NCBI RefSeq assembly: GCF_018350175.1
Contig: NC_058368.1
Span: 147,562,001-147,626,000, forward strand
DNA length: 64,000 nt
DNA from: Felis catus
Lineage: Eukaryota
Reading direction: 5' to 3'
Below are positions 51,094 through 63,757 of the stretch, in pieces (within the stretch, counting starts at the first letter, position 1; every line of letters starts with the position of its first letter). Both the position numbers and the translations under genes were made by a program. The notes under the pieces are model-generated. The model was not told the DNA's origin. It ran no database searches and worked only from the letters and a program-made list of their open reading frames with translations.

Positions 51094-52260
51094 TAACATG
51101 GGGCAGATTTTATGTTCACGTAAGTATCCCATGCTTTCCAAAAGATAAGGTTCTTTTTACTTACTTTTCTTCATTGGTTTTAATTTTTCCCTAGGAACCC
51201 AAATTGATTATGAGAATAAAAACCTTATTCATCAACCAGCTGCTTAGGTAATGATGTGGTTTTTCTATTTTTATTTTATGTTGTTGAATCATATGATTTA
51301 CAGAACAATGCTGAAGATTATCAGGAGAGATGTATGTTCTATGCTTAATAAAGAGAAATTCAAAAAGGTGAGTCATCAAGACAGAAATATTTTGAGAAGA
51401 TAAGTAATATTTTTCCCTGACTTAACCTAATGGGTTTACATTGATCACACTCTTATATTAATCTACTCACTCCACGTCATTCTTATTGTGTTCTGCTAAT
51501 ATAAAAATGCTACCATTTTAAGATATAATTTCCTCCATAGGGGCTACATATTCATTATGCTATAATATTTGGAAAACAACAATTCTATAGGGTGTCATTT
51601 TTTTATGAAAAAGAGTAATGCTTCTTTTTTATTAGCCAGAGAAAATGTGAAGGCCAATTGTACTATAAAATGTTTCTATGAGTCACAAAACAACCTGATA
51701 ACCTTGAGCCCTAACAAGGAATACCATGAACACGAATATCTTTAAGGTATGACTATGTTCAAGGTATGACTGTCTTTGTCACCAACAATTTTTATCAAAA
51801 AAGATAGTGGCAACGGGATGAATGCCTAAAAAACAATAAAATATGAAATGGTTTTGGGGAGATACTCTACCAACATGTTACCAACAAAGGAATACATATT
51901 GAAGTGTAAGTACAGTCATTAATTGGAAGGTAAAAAACAACAATATTGGAAGAATAGCTAGTTAGCTAACTTATGCTCTTCAGAATTTCTGAAATACATC
52001 AGAGAAAAGCATTAGAGTCAAGAAATCTGTGTCCAGAGATTTTCCAGAGAGTACAAAGAAACATCAGAAATCTGCACGTGTGTATTAGATTTATTATTTA
52101 CATTTTACTTGGAGTTTTCAGAAGTTTTCACTCAGAACTACATTTTAATCCTCTGTTTCTTAACCTTGAAAAATAAACTTAACACATTAAAAAATCATGA
52201 ATTCATGGTGTTGACATAAAATATTTTAATCACAATGGTATTTACAATCATAGAAAAATA

Positions 52261-52462
52261 GAGGCACCTGCGTGGGTCAGTTAAGTGTCTGACTTCGGCT
52301 CATGATCTTCGGTTCAAGCCCATGTTGGGCTCTGCACTGACAGCTCAGAGCCTGGAACCTGCTTCAGATTCTGTGTCTCCTCCTCTCTCTGCCCCTCCCC
52401 TGCTCACGCTCTGTGTCTGTCTCTCAAAAACGAATAAATGCTTAAAAAAATTTTTTTAATAA
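52261..52462 (+). mobile_element. CAN-SINE
   Basis: Perfect TSD aatcatagaaaaata (52246-52260 and 52463-52477). Confidence 0.95.
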
Positions 52463-53821
52463 AATCATAGAAAAATAAACCCATATAGAAGTCCCTTGTG
52501 CTTACAGCTCTGGCACAATTATAAAGCCAAACAATTTTACAAATTAAATATAAACTATAAAAACAATAAAATCCAAATTATCAATATCAATTTTGTTTGA
52601 CAAATAATGTTGTTTTGCTGAAACTAAATTGCCTTTCATGATGCAAATAGTAGCTTCTTAGGCACAGGCTCTTCCAACTGTCATAAAATTTTCAATTTCA
52701 AGCTGTACTAAGATTTTTATGTGGAGGACAGTGACACTATTTACTGTTCTCTCAGTGTGAATTGTGTTATTGTGTCCACTCAGGTTTTTTTTTTCCCGTA
52801 TTAGCTGGTGACAAAATAGTACTATTGCCAACTCAATCATATAATAAACACAAACAGAGTCACGCAAATACAGTGATATTTGGTCTTAGGCATCTAGATG
52901 ATCCAATATACACTAAAATAACTTTTAAGGTTTTATTACTGAGTACTGAGTGATCTCCTAGGATATGTTTGGAAAGTCTCAGAGAGACATAGAACTCAGG
53001 AGGGGAATATTAAATCAATTATAAACACAATACAGGACAAAAAAACCCTAAAACTATCATCTATCAGAATAAATAATGTCAGTAGACAATGTCACACACA
53101 CAAAAAATAAAAACAAAATGAAAAATCTTCCAAACATCATGCTAGAATATCAAAACGGGAGAAATACAGGAAAAAAAATTGTTTTATAAAAACAAAAGCA
53201 AACTGAATTTCTAAAAATGAAAATTATGAAGTAGCAGTTACAATGCAAGTACTTTTATTTTTATTTTTTTCTCCCTCATAGAAAGATAAAGAGTGTTCAT
53301 TAGGAATAATGCTAGGAGGAGGGTGGGGTCAAATTGAAGGTGGGCTGGGATTAGGACCCGATGCAGAACTACCAGAGCTCAAAGCATATCCTGCTTCTAA
53401 CCGATTCAGAGCCCAAAAGAAACTAAAGTGGCCAGAAAAGGACAAATATGTTCACAATTATTTTTTGGAGATTTAATTTTGTTTGGCAGCCAGGCCTTTG
53501 TCCTTTGATGTAAACTGACTTCCAACTAAACTTGAAATGATTTTCATTCTCTTTTATTTTATTTTCTTATTTTTAGCATCATGATACAGAATGTTTTCCC
53601 TGGTTTTTGTCATCAGAAAAGGAGCTGCCTTGCAGGACAGAAGGAAGGGCCCTAACTATCTGATCTTCCCACAGAGCAGTCTGACTATGATGGAAATAGA
53701 ACCTTCAATGGCATTCCACATGAGGGTTATCTCTGTAGTATCCCAGGCTTGTGTTTTCTCTTCTGTGACTACTGAAATGATAATTCTGTTGTGGTTTAAT
53801 ACAGAATTTTTGTCATAACAT

Positions 53822-53874
53822 CTGCATTTCAATCAGATTCTTGCAGCATTTACTGCATTTCAATCAGATTCTTG
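53822..53874. repeat. 22-bp direct repeat ctgcatttcaatcagattcttg (two copies, 9-bp spacer)
   Basis: Copies at 53822-53843 and 53853-53874. Confidence 0.95.
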
Positions 53875-54469
53875 TTTTAATGATTTTCTCGAAATGTGTA
53901 TACTGGGTTGACATCTGTATTAACATTACAATTTAAAGGAAATCCAAATTTCTACATTTCACAGGTAAATTGAGTCCCAAATTGTATTTTGGTTTGGTAA
54001 AAGGTAAAAGTAAATAGTAATCAGAACTTCCAAGATATGTGCCAGAGATTTGCTGAATGTGCAAACTTTTAAAAACAGATTCTTCAACTATGGTAATTGA
54101 TTTCCTGCTTGTAATAACAAAAATAACCATAATTACATAACTATTATATTTGGATTTCTTCCTTATGTGTTTGCTTAAACACATTTTACATAGATATAAT
54201 GTATGTCTCTGTACAGTCTGGATTCCCATTAATATATCATAAGCAGTTTCCATTCTGCTATGTAGCATTTTAACTATAAGCCTTACCACTAAGTTTTATT
54301 AGAAAACATTAGATTATCAGAGAAACCCTAAAACACTGAAAAGCTAACCAGAAATCCAAAATCTAATCACCCAAATGTTATCATTAACATTTTTTAGATT
54401 TCAGATTTTCCTTTATCTAAAAATTTACCCCAAATTTCACCTAGACCCTCAATGACACATGTCCATGAT

Positions 54470-54866
54470 GTCCTCTTGAAAACAACCATCAGGCTCTGCC
54501 TTCTAACTTTCTTCCCCGGGGAGCAGTGCTTGGTCAATAAAGATAAAAATTAAAAGATGACAAGCTTTGTTTCTTTGAAATTCAGGTGGGATGACTCTAA
54601 GATATTGTGGTGGTCCACTCCTAAGAGACATGGGACTCCTCCAAGAAGCAACTAAGGCTGGAGAACTTGGCATGAGCCTGCTAAAGCTCATGGAGTCTCT
54701 TTCTACCCAATCCTCCTTTGTTCCCCACTTCTTTTCATAGACCTGCACTGTGGTATGAAGACTTTCCAACTCCTCTTCCTCTACTATATTCTTCAAAGGT
54801 ATTTTCCCAATAACCTCTCTTATATCTAATTCTCTCTTGACTACATTTTAAGAAATCCAAACAAAG
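54470..54866 (+). mobile_element. LTR16-like ERV-L LTR (putative 5' LTR)
   Basis: ggtgggatgactct; ctacccaatcctcc; ttcttcaaaggtattttcccaataacctctcttatatctaa; start approximate. Confidence 0.65.
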
Positions 54867-55510
54867 GTAGTGCCAGGAGTAGTTAGAGAAAATAAGAGTA
54901 AGTTTTGGAATTAGCCAACTCATCATTCAAGGGGAAAAGATGCCATTGGTAAGATAAGGAAAACATGAATAGTAAGTTATAGCCACCACTTTGGGGACAA
55001 AGGCACTTTGGACTCCAGATGAGAAAAGGAGTCAACATGTTGGCCAGAGTAATTGACCCTCATAAGCAGAAGGTGGTGGAGCTGCTTTTATATACCTGGG
55101 GCAGGTGGAGTATGTATGCAACCTGGTGATCCTCATGTGCTCCTCAGTATGCTCATGTCTCTTGTAACTGTGGGCATTTGTAACAACCAAGGCCGAAGAA
55201 GCTATGGTTGCCAAGGGCGTAGTCCCTCAGGAATAAAGGTTTGGGTCACAAACACAAGGTTAGGCATCAAAACCTGCCAAAGCAATAGCTGAGGGTGAGG
55301 ACATTTTAGAATAGAAAGTGGAAAAATAGAGAATAAAGTGGAAAATAGCTGAGTGTGACTTAGGTCTTCAAAACCAATTGCAGTCGTGGGTGTTGTAGGT
55401 GATGTCCTCAATCACTCTCTTCAACGTTTCCCCTCAAAAATAAAGGGCTATGCCAACTGTACTGGAGCTATTCTTTAAACCTACATTGAAAATCAGATGT
55501 ATGCACTACA
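54867..55510 (+). mobile_element. ERV-L internal remnant: PBS-like start plus dUTPase-region fragment
   Basis: tagtgccaggagtag after the LTR; peptides RKGVNMLARVIDPHKQKVVELLL, SPSGIKVWVT and KPAKAIAEGED. Confidence 0.8.
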
Positions 55511-55764
55511 ATGGATGGACTACAGAAAATACACTCTTCAGATCTTATTCTGCAGGGATCATAGTTGACTAACAGTTATAACGGCCACTTATCTGGACCC
55601 GACCTGATTTTGTGCTGCAGTCATACTTCCCCAGGGCTGTTCTCAGTGAATGATCAAGTGTGGTGGATTGTTAATGTCAGCACTTTTTGCAGTAGCTGAG
55701 ACAACTCTAATGAGTACTCCCAATGGGCCTGACTGAAAAACTTTTAGAACTGCATTGCTGTTTT

Positions 55765-55842
55765 GTCTTTTATTTAAAAAAAAAAAATGTTTATTTATTT
55801 ATTTTGTGAGATGGAGATAGAAAGTGAGCAGGTGAGGAGCAG

Positions 55843-55905
<63 letters not shown>

Positions 55906-56024
55906 CAAGCAGGCTCCACGCTGTAAGCAGAGCCCTATGAGGCACTTGAACTCCCGAACCATGCATGACCTGAGCTGAAATCAAGAGTCAAATGTTCAAC
56001 TGACTGAGCCACACAGGCACCCCC
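55765..56024 (-). mobile_element. CAN-SINE with (GA)n
   Basis: Complete element within outer TSD cattgctgtttt (55753-55764 and 56249-56260). Confidence 0.94.
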
Positions 56025-56025
56025 A

Positions 56026-56246
56026 TTTTTTTTAAGTTTATTTATTTTGAGAGAGAGACAGAGAGAATGGGCAGGAGAGGAGGAGAGGTGGAAAGGGAGA
56101 GAGACAGGGAGAGAGAGAATCTCAAATAGGCTACACACCATCAGCAGGGAGCCAGATATGGGGCTTGAACCTACAAACCACGAGATCACAACCTGAGCAA
56201 AAACCAAGACTCAGAAGCTTAACCAAATGAGCCACTCATGTACCCC
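56026..56246 (-). mobile_element. CAN-SINE in tandem with the previous copy
   Basis: Complete reverse-complement element. Confidence 0.93.
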
Positions 56247-56449
56247 TACATTGCTGTTTTAGACTCCGCCTATCAAATCTTCTCTTCTTTCCCTTCTCCC
56301 TTCACAGGGTCATGCCTGCATTGTAATCTACATGCTCTCCCTGCCTACTTTTTCTTCTTTTTAATCCTTCACAGGAATTTCCCCAATGCATTTATTACTC
56401 ATCTAATTTCAGTTTGGTATCTGCTTTTCAGAGCACTCAAAATAACACA

Positions 56450-56590
56450 GGCATGTTCCACATCATCACCTAGAGGTTCCCAGTAGGAACTGAGTCCAGT
56501 TGCACACATTAATTATTAACCTGCACATTAGCATACCCTGTTTTGAGTATTTTCCATTCCATGTTTTATATTTTTATTCATCTATCATTC
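56450..56590 (+). mobile_element. LTR33-like fragment (appears to resume at about 57782-57847)
   Basis: agaggttcccagtaggaactgagtccagttgcacaca; later tctcaggatcagcttctggaggaa. Confidence 0.55.
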
Positions 56591-56999
56591 CTTCTTGAGA
56601 TTAAATTAACATGGTGGTTTTAAAATAATTCATGCAGGTTTTGAAACATCTTGCAAGATGTGGAACCTAATCCCTCACCCCTTGAGTGTGAGCTGAAATT
56701 AATCACACAAGTCTAATAAAGAGAATATAGCAGAAGTGATGGTATGTTCAGGTAACAGCAAGAAACTAAGGCCTCTTGCCAATAACTATGTATGTGAGCC
56801 CTGTTGGAAGCAGAACCCCCTGGGTTAAGTCATCAGATGATGGGCTGACATCCTGACTGCAACCTCAGGAGAGATCCTGAATCAGAATTTCCCAATTAAG
56901 CCATTTCTATACTCCCAACTCCCAGAATCTGTGTGAGATAATGTGTGTTTTAAGATGGTATGATTTTAGGTAATTTATCACTAACAGATAAGTAATGCA
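56591..56999 (+). mobile_element. MaLR LTR (MLT1F/G/H-like)
   Basis: ccttgagtgtgagctg; gctgacatcctgactgcaacctca; ends ggtaatttatcactaacagataagtaatgca. Confidence 0.85.
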
Positions 57000-57233
57000 T
57001 CCCTTGGAGCAGGTCCCACTTTCATTCCCATGTTACTATGCCTCCACCAAAGAATCTCTGGGGCCAAAGAATATCCAAGGAGACACTGGTATATACATAT
57101 CTGGGTTTCTTTGTAATTGCATTGCATCTTGCTTTAAGAGGAAAACTCTGAAAGGACAGCAAGTTTCCAGAAAGGGAACATCTGAAGGGTCTTAGTTTCT
57201 TGACAATCTCAGAGTTTTATTTTAAAGAGTACT

Positions 57234-57458
57234 GGGGCGCCTGGGTGGCTCAGTCAGTTAAGCGTCTGACTTCAGCTCAGGTCACGATCTCACGGTCCAT
57301 GAGTTCGAGCCCCGCGTTGGGCTCTGGGCTGATGGCTCAGAGCCTGGAGCCTGCTTCTGATTCTGTGTCTCTCTCTCTCTCTGCCCCTCCCCTGTTCATG
57401 CTCTGTCTCTCTCTGTCTCAAAAATAAATAAACGTTAAAAAAAAATTAAAAAAAAAAT
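57234..57458 (+). mobile_element. Young CAN-SINE
   Basis: TSD taaagagtact / taaagagcact. Confidence 0.96.
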
Positions 57459-57467
57459 TAAAGAGCA

Positions 57468-57768
57468 CTGTTAAGTTTCTCAGGATCCACATACGAGTGA
57501 AGGCATATGATATCTGTTCTTCTCTGACTGACTTATTTCACTTAACAGAAGACCATGTGGGAAGGGAAGGGGAAAAAAATAGTTGCAAACAAAGAGAGGG
57601 AGGCAGGCAAACCACAAGAGACTCTTAAATACAGATAACAAACTGAGGGTGGATGGGGGTTTGTGGGGGAGAGGGGAAAATGGGCAATGGGCATTGAGGA
57701 GGGCACTTGTTGAGATGAGCACTGGGTGTTGTATGTAAGCCAATTTGACCATAAATTATACTAAAAAA
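57468..57768 (+). mobile_element. Short felid L1 3' end with 5' inversion (twin priming)
   Basis: 57468-57544 is reverse-complement L1 (ORF2 end), 57540-57768 is sense 3' UTR plus A tail; both resemble the L1 at 31800-32070. Confidence 0.9.
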
Positions 57769-58164
57769 AAGTAATGCATCCTTAAATTTACCACATATAC
57801 TCCAATTCTTTTCTCAGGATCAGCTTCTGGAGGAATATAATCACACATACTGTCACACATGTTTATCTACATGATATATATACCAAGAATATTATCTACA
57901 GGTTTCTTACATGCATGAGTCATTTAGAAACAAGAGTTTATTTTTTACTATTAACATATTTTGAAAGAAATTTCACAAATGTCTCCATATAGCATCACAT
58001 AAGTCATTCTATACTATTCTATTGTTTTAGCGTCTCAATATGTTCTAGCATCCCCCTTTTTTGTGAGAAAATAAAGATATTTTTCATTTTTAGGTGTCTA
58101 ATTATTTAAAAAAATGAATAAAATAATACTGGTTGAAAACCACTGATTAAAAATGTAGAAACTT

Positions 58165-58383
58165 GGGGGCACCTGGGTGACTAAGTTGGTTGAGCATCTG
58201 CCTCTTGGTGTTGGCTCAGGTCCTGATCTCACAGTTTGTGAGATCAAGCCCCGTGTGGGGCTCTGTACTGACAGTGTGGAGTCTGCATGAGATTCTCTCT
58301 CTCTCCCTGCCACTCCCCAGTTCATGCTCTTTCTCTTTCTAAATTAATAAACATTTAAAAATAAATTTTAAAAAATCAAAACA
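58165..58383 (+). mobile_element. CAN-SINE
   Basis: TSD core taaaaatgta on both sides. Confidence 0.92.
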
Positions 58384-58780
58384 TAAAAATGTAAAAAAAT
58401 TAAATCAGTCTATTTTGTTTTGTGACATAATTCCTACTTATATTCATACTCATCTTACAACTATAACTAGAACAAAGGAAAGACAGTAAAGGTTTAAAAT
58501 GATGTGTTTATCAAAATCATGTGCACTGTGACATAATTTCTCACCATCACAAGTGTCCATTCATTAGCTGCTCCACTGAAACAGGGTCAATAAAATTTCA
58601 ATGTTAATAGAATAAGTCATTCTATTATCTAAATATAAAGAGCATATTTATTATCTAAGGGAAAGCAAATAATGCCATGAACAAGGGTAACTTATAGTCT
58701 CATAGTTTTGTCTTCCTTAAATATAATAAAATGTTGTAAGAAGTCACAGGCTAGTTGATGGATTAAAAAAATGAATTAAT

Positions 58781-58987
58781 GGGATGCCTGGGTGGCTCAG
58801 ATGGTTAAGTGTCTAACTCTTGGTTTCAGCTCAGGTCATGATCTCAGTTTGTGAGTTGAAGCCCCACATCCAGCTCTGCACTGACAGCACAGAGCCTGCT
58901 TGGGATTCTCTCTTTCCCTCTCTCCCTCTCTATGCCTCTCCCCCACTTGTGTCCTCTCTCTCTCAAAATAAATAAACTTAAAAAAAG
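58781..58987 (+). mobile_element. CAN-SINE
   Basis: Complete head, CT tract and tail. Confidence 0.93.
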
Positions 58988-59269
58988 AATAATGTAGATA
59001 TTATTGTGGGTATATGTTAAGTTTCTCATTTTAGGTATGTCTCTTCTGCTTGAAAAGATATATTTAAGATAATCTTAAGCACACAAAAAAGTCTTATGAG
59101 ACTAGCAGAGTGGCTCACGGGACACTCACAGAGGAATTTACTAGACATCGAAGACAACAGAAGACAAGGACTCCAATACCATCAATTTGGTTATTTCTTA
59201 TTTTCTGTAAATGAAGGTACACTTGCTCTAATTTTTGGTCTATAGTATTCTTAAGCAACAACAAAACAA

Positions 59270-59510
59270 AAGTAACAGTAACAACCATCAGTTATAGAGT
59301 ATGTAATAACTTCCAGGTACTCTACAGATATTTTACCCTATGTAATCATCACACAGATATTTTACCCTATGTAATTATCCCAAGAGATAAGTACTTTTAT
59401 TATTACTGATTTACATATGTGGAAACAGACATCAATTATGTGATAAAGAAAAGAACCAAACTGAGTCAAGTCTGATTCAGGAGGCTGCACTTATTACTGC
59501 TTTTCACACT
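59270..59510 (-). mobile_element. MIR fragment containing a 29-bp tandem duplication (59324-59379)
   Basis: acagatattttaccctatgtaat twice; tttacatatgtggaaacagac MIR-like core. Confidence 0.6.
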
Positions 59511-60245
59511 GCCGTCCAGAATTAACTTGATTTTCTGAGTCTCAAGTTCAAATTCATGAGAAATGTATCCCCTTTACCAGCATGGATCATCTCCCTACAC
59601 CTATTTACTTAGCTGTGGCTTAAAGATTGGACCATTTTGTGCTGTGACGTCCTCTTGAAACAAAGGATAATGAAATAGTGGAGGCTTTTCCTAGAAATAA
59701 AAACAATGTGTGGCAAAGTACAAAAGAATAAAAAACAGATGAGAAAATATGAACAAACATGAAGGTTTTGCTAAATTTGGATGAGTAAATAATAGTAACT
59801 TTTTTTGGTTTTCAATGGATAATTAAATAGTACAGGAAAAGAGCACACAGCAATTGAAGAAGTGTGACTTCTTATCCAAAAAATACAATGATGACAGATT
59901 CAATTTTAGAAGCTTAATTTTTTAAATGAATGTTCGAAAAGCATGAAATATTCTTTGCAGTAGCTCAATTTAAAAGTATATTTTATTATTTAATGACACA
60001 AACCTGCACAACATTAAACATCCTTGACAGTTACATTTGATGCTAGGTAGAGTGCCTATAAGAGGTGAATTTATGGCTTGGGTACAAAGATACAAGAAGG
60101 ATTATAGTAAGAGGTGAGTAAAGTGTACTATCTTTTGTATATCCACCTATGTAAATGCCTATCCTCAATGAGACTTTCTAAACTGGTGACAGTTTTATTC
60201 CAAAAGAGCCAGGTATCTTCCATCATTTCCCTAGTATCCAAGAGC

Positions 60246-60345
60246 GTGTGTGTATATGTGTGTGTAAATGTATGTTTATGTACATGTACACACACACACA
60301 TATATATACACACACAGACATATACACACATATACAAACATAGAC

Positions 60346-60381
<36 letters not shown>

Positions 60382-60436
60382 TTATATATCTATATCTAGA
60401 TATAGAGATATAGAGATATAGAGATATAGATATATA
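60246..60436. repeat. Compound TG/CA/TA/(GATATA)n microsatellite
   Basis: Read directly. Confidence 0.95.
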
Positions 60437-61244
60437 AATTGTTAGCCCAGTTTAGGATTATATGTTGGGCACAAATGGAGAAAAATTGGTGATAAGCAAA
60501 GTTTAATGTTACATGGGAAAGTAAAAACTGTTCCAGATTATTTTTCTAAGTATGGTATTTTTACTGATAGCATTTTGAGGGTTTTTTTTTTCCCCATGAT
60601 CATGGCTATGCTTATTCATTATTTAATTAAAATTAGTAACAGTATATAGAGAGTCTACATATTAAGGCAGAAACTTAATTAACCTGGCAGAGGTGATTTG
60701 TTTTTTTGAGATAAAAGGAGAAGAATCCTAACAATACAGACATATTAGACAAAGTCCAAAATTGAAAAAAGACAATCAACCCAATTGTTAAAATTAAGGG
60801 AACTGAATTTAAGAAGCATAATGCATAAGATGAAAAAAGACTTTCTTTTTCTCCCCATCTTCTTCAGCTTATTTTTGTAATCATATTTACAAAGTGCATA
60901 CCACAGAACTAGTATTCAAAATCCAAGCATGTGTGACCCCCCAAACATTTAAGTAAAAACAGAACATGACTCAGACTCTAAATATGACTCAAAAATGATT
61001 TTTTAAGTATTAAAGTATACATCATATATAGTGATTTCTTTGAAGTCTGGTTGAATCAGTTTTAAGCTTTGGGTGTGGGGAGAGATTAGAACTTTGCCTC
61101 CTTTCCTTCCATACTTCTGAAATGTCACCCATGGTAACGCCGCTTTTTTCCCGAGTCTTCTATTGATTTTCATCCTTCCATTGTAAATAGTTCACATTCA
61201 AGTTCTGGCTTTCAGATTTCTATCTTGTTTCTTTTTTTCCTAAC

Positions 61245-61770
61245 TGTATCTAATTATATATGTTGCTGTGGGAAAAAAATACACCAAAATCAAGCACTTT
61301 AAAACACACCCATTTATGATTTCACACTTTCTGTGGGTTGGGAATCAGGCATGACCTCTCTGATTCATGGTCTCAGGAGGCTGCATTCATTTCAAGGTTC
61401 AAAAGGATCAGGTCCCCTTCCAAGCTCACTCAGTGTCTGTTGGCAGGATTTTGTTCTTTGCAGGCTGTTGAATGAAATCCTGTTTTCTGGCTGTTGGCCA
61501 AAGACCACCCTCATTTCCCTTCTAGTGGTCCTCTCCATCACAGCAACCATGTGAGAAGAATGGAAAAATACCAGAAAGATGAAAATCAAAGTGTTCTATA
61601 ATTGAATATTGGGTGAAATCACATCACTTTTGCCATATTATATATATTGAAAACAAACCACTGGAAATAGCATACACTCAGGGGAGGGGACTCCACAAAG
61701 GTGTAAATATGAGAAGGCAAGGATCATTGAGAATCGTTATAAAGGAACCTAACGCATCTACTCTGTACCA
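61245..61770 (-). mobile_element. MaLR LTR (MLT1F/G/H-like)
   Basis: tttctgtgggttgggaatcaggcatga; cttccaagctcactca; catcacttttgccatatt. Confidence 0.8.
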
Positions 61771-61866
61771 GTATCAACCAGGCAACATCAGGATTATTGT
61801 GGAGATTTTATTTACTTTCACTTTTTATTATGAAGGGATTTTAGACTTACAGGAAAGTTGCTATGA

Positions 61867-63757
61867 ATAAAATCCCTAGGAATAAATTTATCCAAGGAGG
61901 TGAAAGACTTGAACACTGCAAACTCTAAGACATCAAAGGAAGAAAAGGAACATGACACAAATAAATGGAAAAATGTTCAGAGATCTTAGATGGGAAGAAT
62001 TAATGCTGTTGAAATGTTCTTAATATTCAAAGCAACATACAGAGTCAATACAATCCCAAACAAAATTCCTGTCTTCTTTCACAGTAATAGGAGAATCCTA
62101 AGATTTCATGGAAACACAAAAGACCCTGAAGAGCTGAGGGAAATCTGACAAAGATGAGCAAAGCTACAGGCATTGTATTTCTTAATTACAAACTATATTA
62201 CAAATTTATGGTAATCAAAACTGTATGCCATTGGCATAAAAACAGATAAACAGATAAATACAACAGAGGAGTGAGCCCAGGAGTAAGCCTATGCCTAAAT
62301 AGTCAATTCATTTATGACAAAGGAGTCAAAAATATACAATGAGGAAAGAATAATCTCTTCAATAAATGGAGCTCAGAAAACTAGATGGTCACATGGAAAG
62401 GAATGAAACTGGATCCCTGTCTTATACCATACACAAAAATAAATTCAAAATGGATTAAAAATATGAATGTAAGATGTGAAATCATAAAACCCCAGTAGAA
62501 AACATACACAAATCTTCTTGACACTGATCTTGGCAATTTGTTTTTGGATTTGACACAAAACACCACAAAAGCAAAAATAAACAAGTAAAACTGTATCAAA
62601 TAAAAAAAATGTTTTTTGTGTGACAAAGCAAACGATTAAAAAAGTGAAAAATCAATGCAGTAAATAGAAAATATTTCAAATCACATATTTAATATTGGGT
62701 TAAATCCAAAATATATAAAGAACTCAGACAATTCAAAAGAAAAAAATTCCAATAAAAATGTGCAGAGGAACTGAATAAACATTTTTCCAGATATACAAAT
62801 GACCAACAGGTACCTGAAAAGATGCTCAGTGTCACTAATTATCAGGGAAATGGAAATCAAAATCACAATGAGATGTTATCTGTCACCAGTTAGAATGACT
62901 GTTATTAAAAAATACAATAACTAACAAATACTCAGTAAGATTGTGGTAAAAAAGAAACCCTTGTGCACTGTTGTAAGAATATAAATTGATGCAGCCACTG
63001 TGGAAAGCAGTATGGAAGTTCCTCAAAAAATTAAAAATAGAATGGTCACATGATGGAGCAATTCTATTTCTAGGTATTTACCCCAGAGATATGGAATTGC
63101 TATCTTAAGAGATAATTGTATTCCCATGTATGTTGCAGCTTGTTGACAATAGTCAAGAAATGGAAACAATGTAAGTGTCCATCAAAGGACAGATGGATAA
63201 ATAACATGTGGTGTATACATACAGTGGAGTATTATTGAGACATAAAATGGAAGGATATCTTGCGATCCTGAAACAGCATGGATGAACTTTGGCGGGGCAC
63301 CATGCTTAATGAAAGAAGTCAGAGAAAGAGAAATATTGCAGGAAATCACTTACATATGGACTCTTAATGAAACAAAACAGAATTCATAGATACAGAGAAC
63401 AGATTGATGGTTGTCAGAAAAAGGGTTTGGGGAGATGGGGCAGACAGAGTAGAAGAAATTATTCAAATGGTATGAGTTACCACTTATAAGATAAATAAGT
63501 CCTGAGAACACAATATACCATGAGAAGCATAGTTAACAATACTATATTGTGTATTTCAAAGTTGCTAAGACAACATATTTTAAAAGATCTTATCACACAC
63601 ATGCAAAAATTTCTAATTATGTGTGATAATAGATATTAAATGAACTTACTGTGATAATAATTTTGCAATATACACAAATATTAAATCATGTTGTAATCCA
63701 AAACTAATACAATGTATGTCAGTTATATCTCAACTAAAAAATTTTAAAATGAAAAAA
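61867..63757 (+). mobile_element. 5'-truncated L1 (L1MA/carnivore-type), ORF2 C-terminus plus 3' UTR
   Basis: ccatacacaaaaataaattcaaaatggattaaa; 3' end tgtcagttatatctcaactaaaaa. Confidence 0.93.

Larger units (their letters stand above)
55515..56449 (+). mobile_element. LTR16-like ERV-L LTR (putative 3' LTR) split by two SINEs
   Basis: gagacaactctaatg; ccttcacaggaatttccccaat..catctaat..ggtatctgcttttcagagcactcaaaataacaca. Confidence 0.75.

Noticed and set aside
53577..53818. Strong plus-strand acceptor followed by an ORF
   Set aside because: All frames from the acceptor close quickly, no good donor, T-rich tract expected by chance
59324..59379. Direct repeats suggestive of a CRISPR array
   Set aside because: Two tandem copies without unique spacers, in a mammalian MIR
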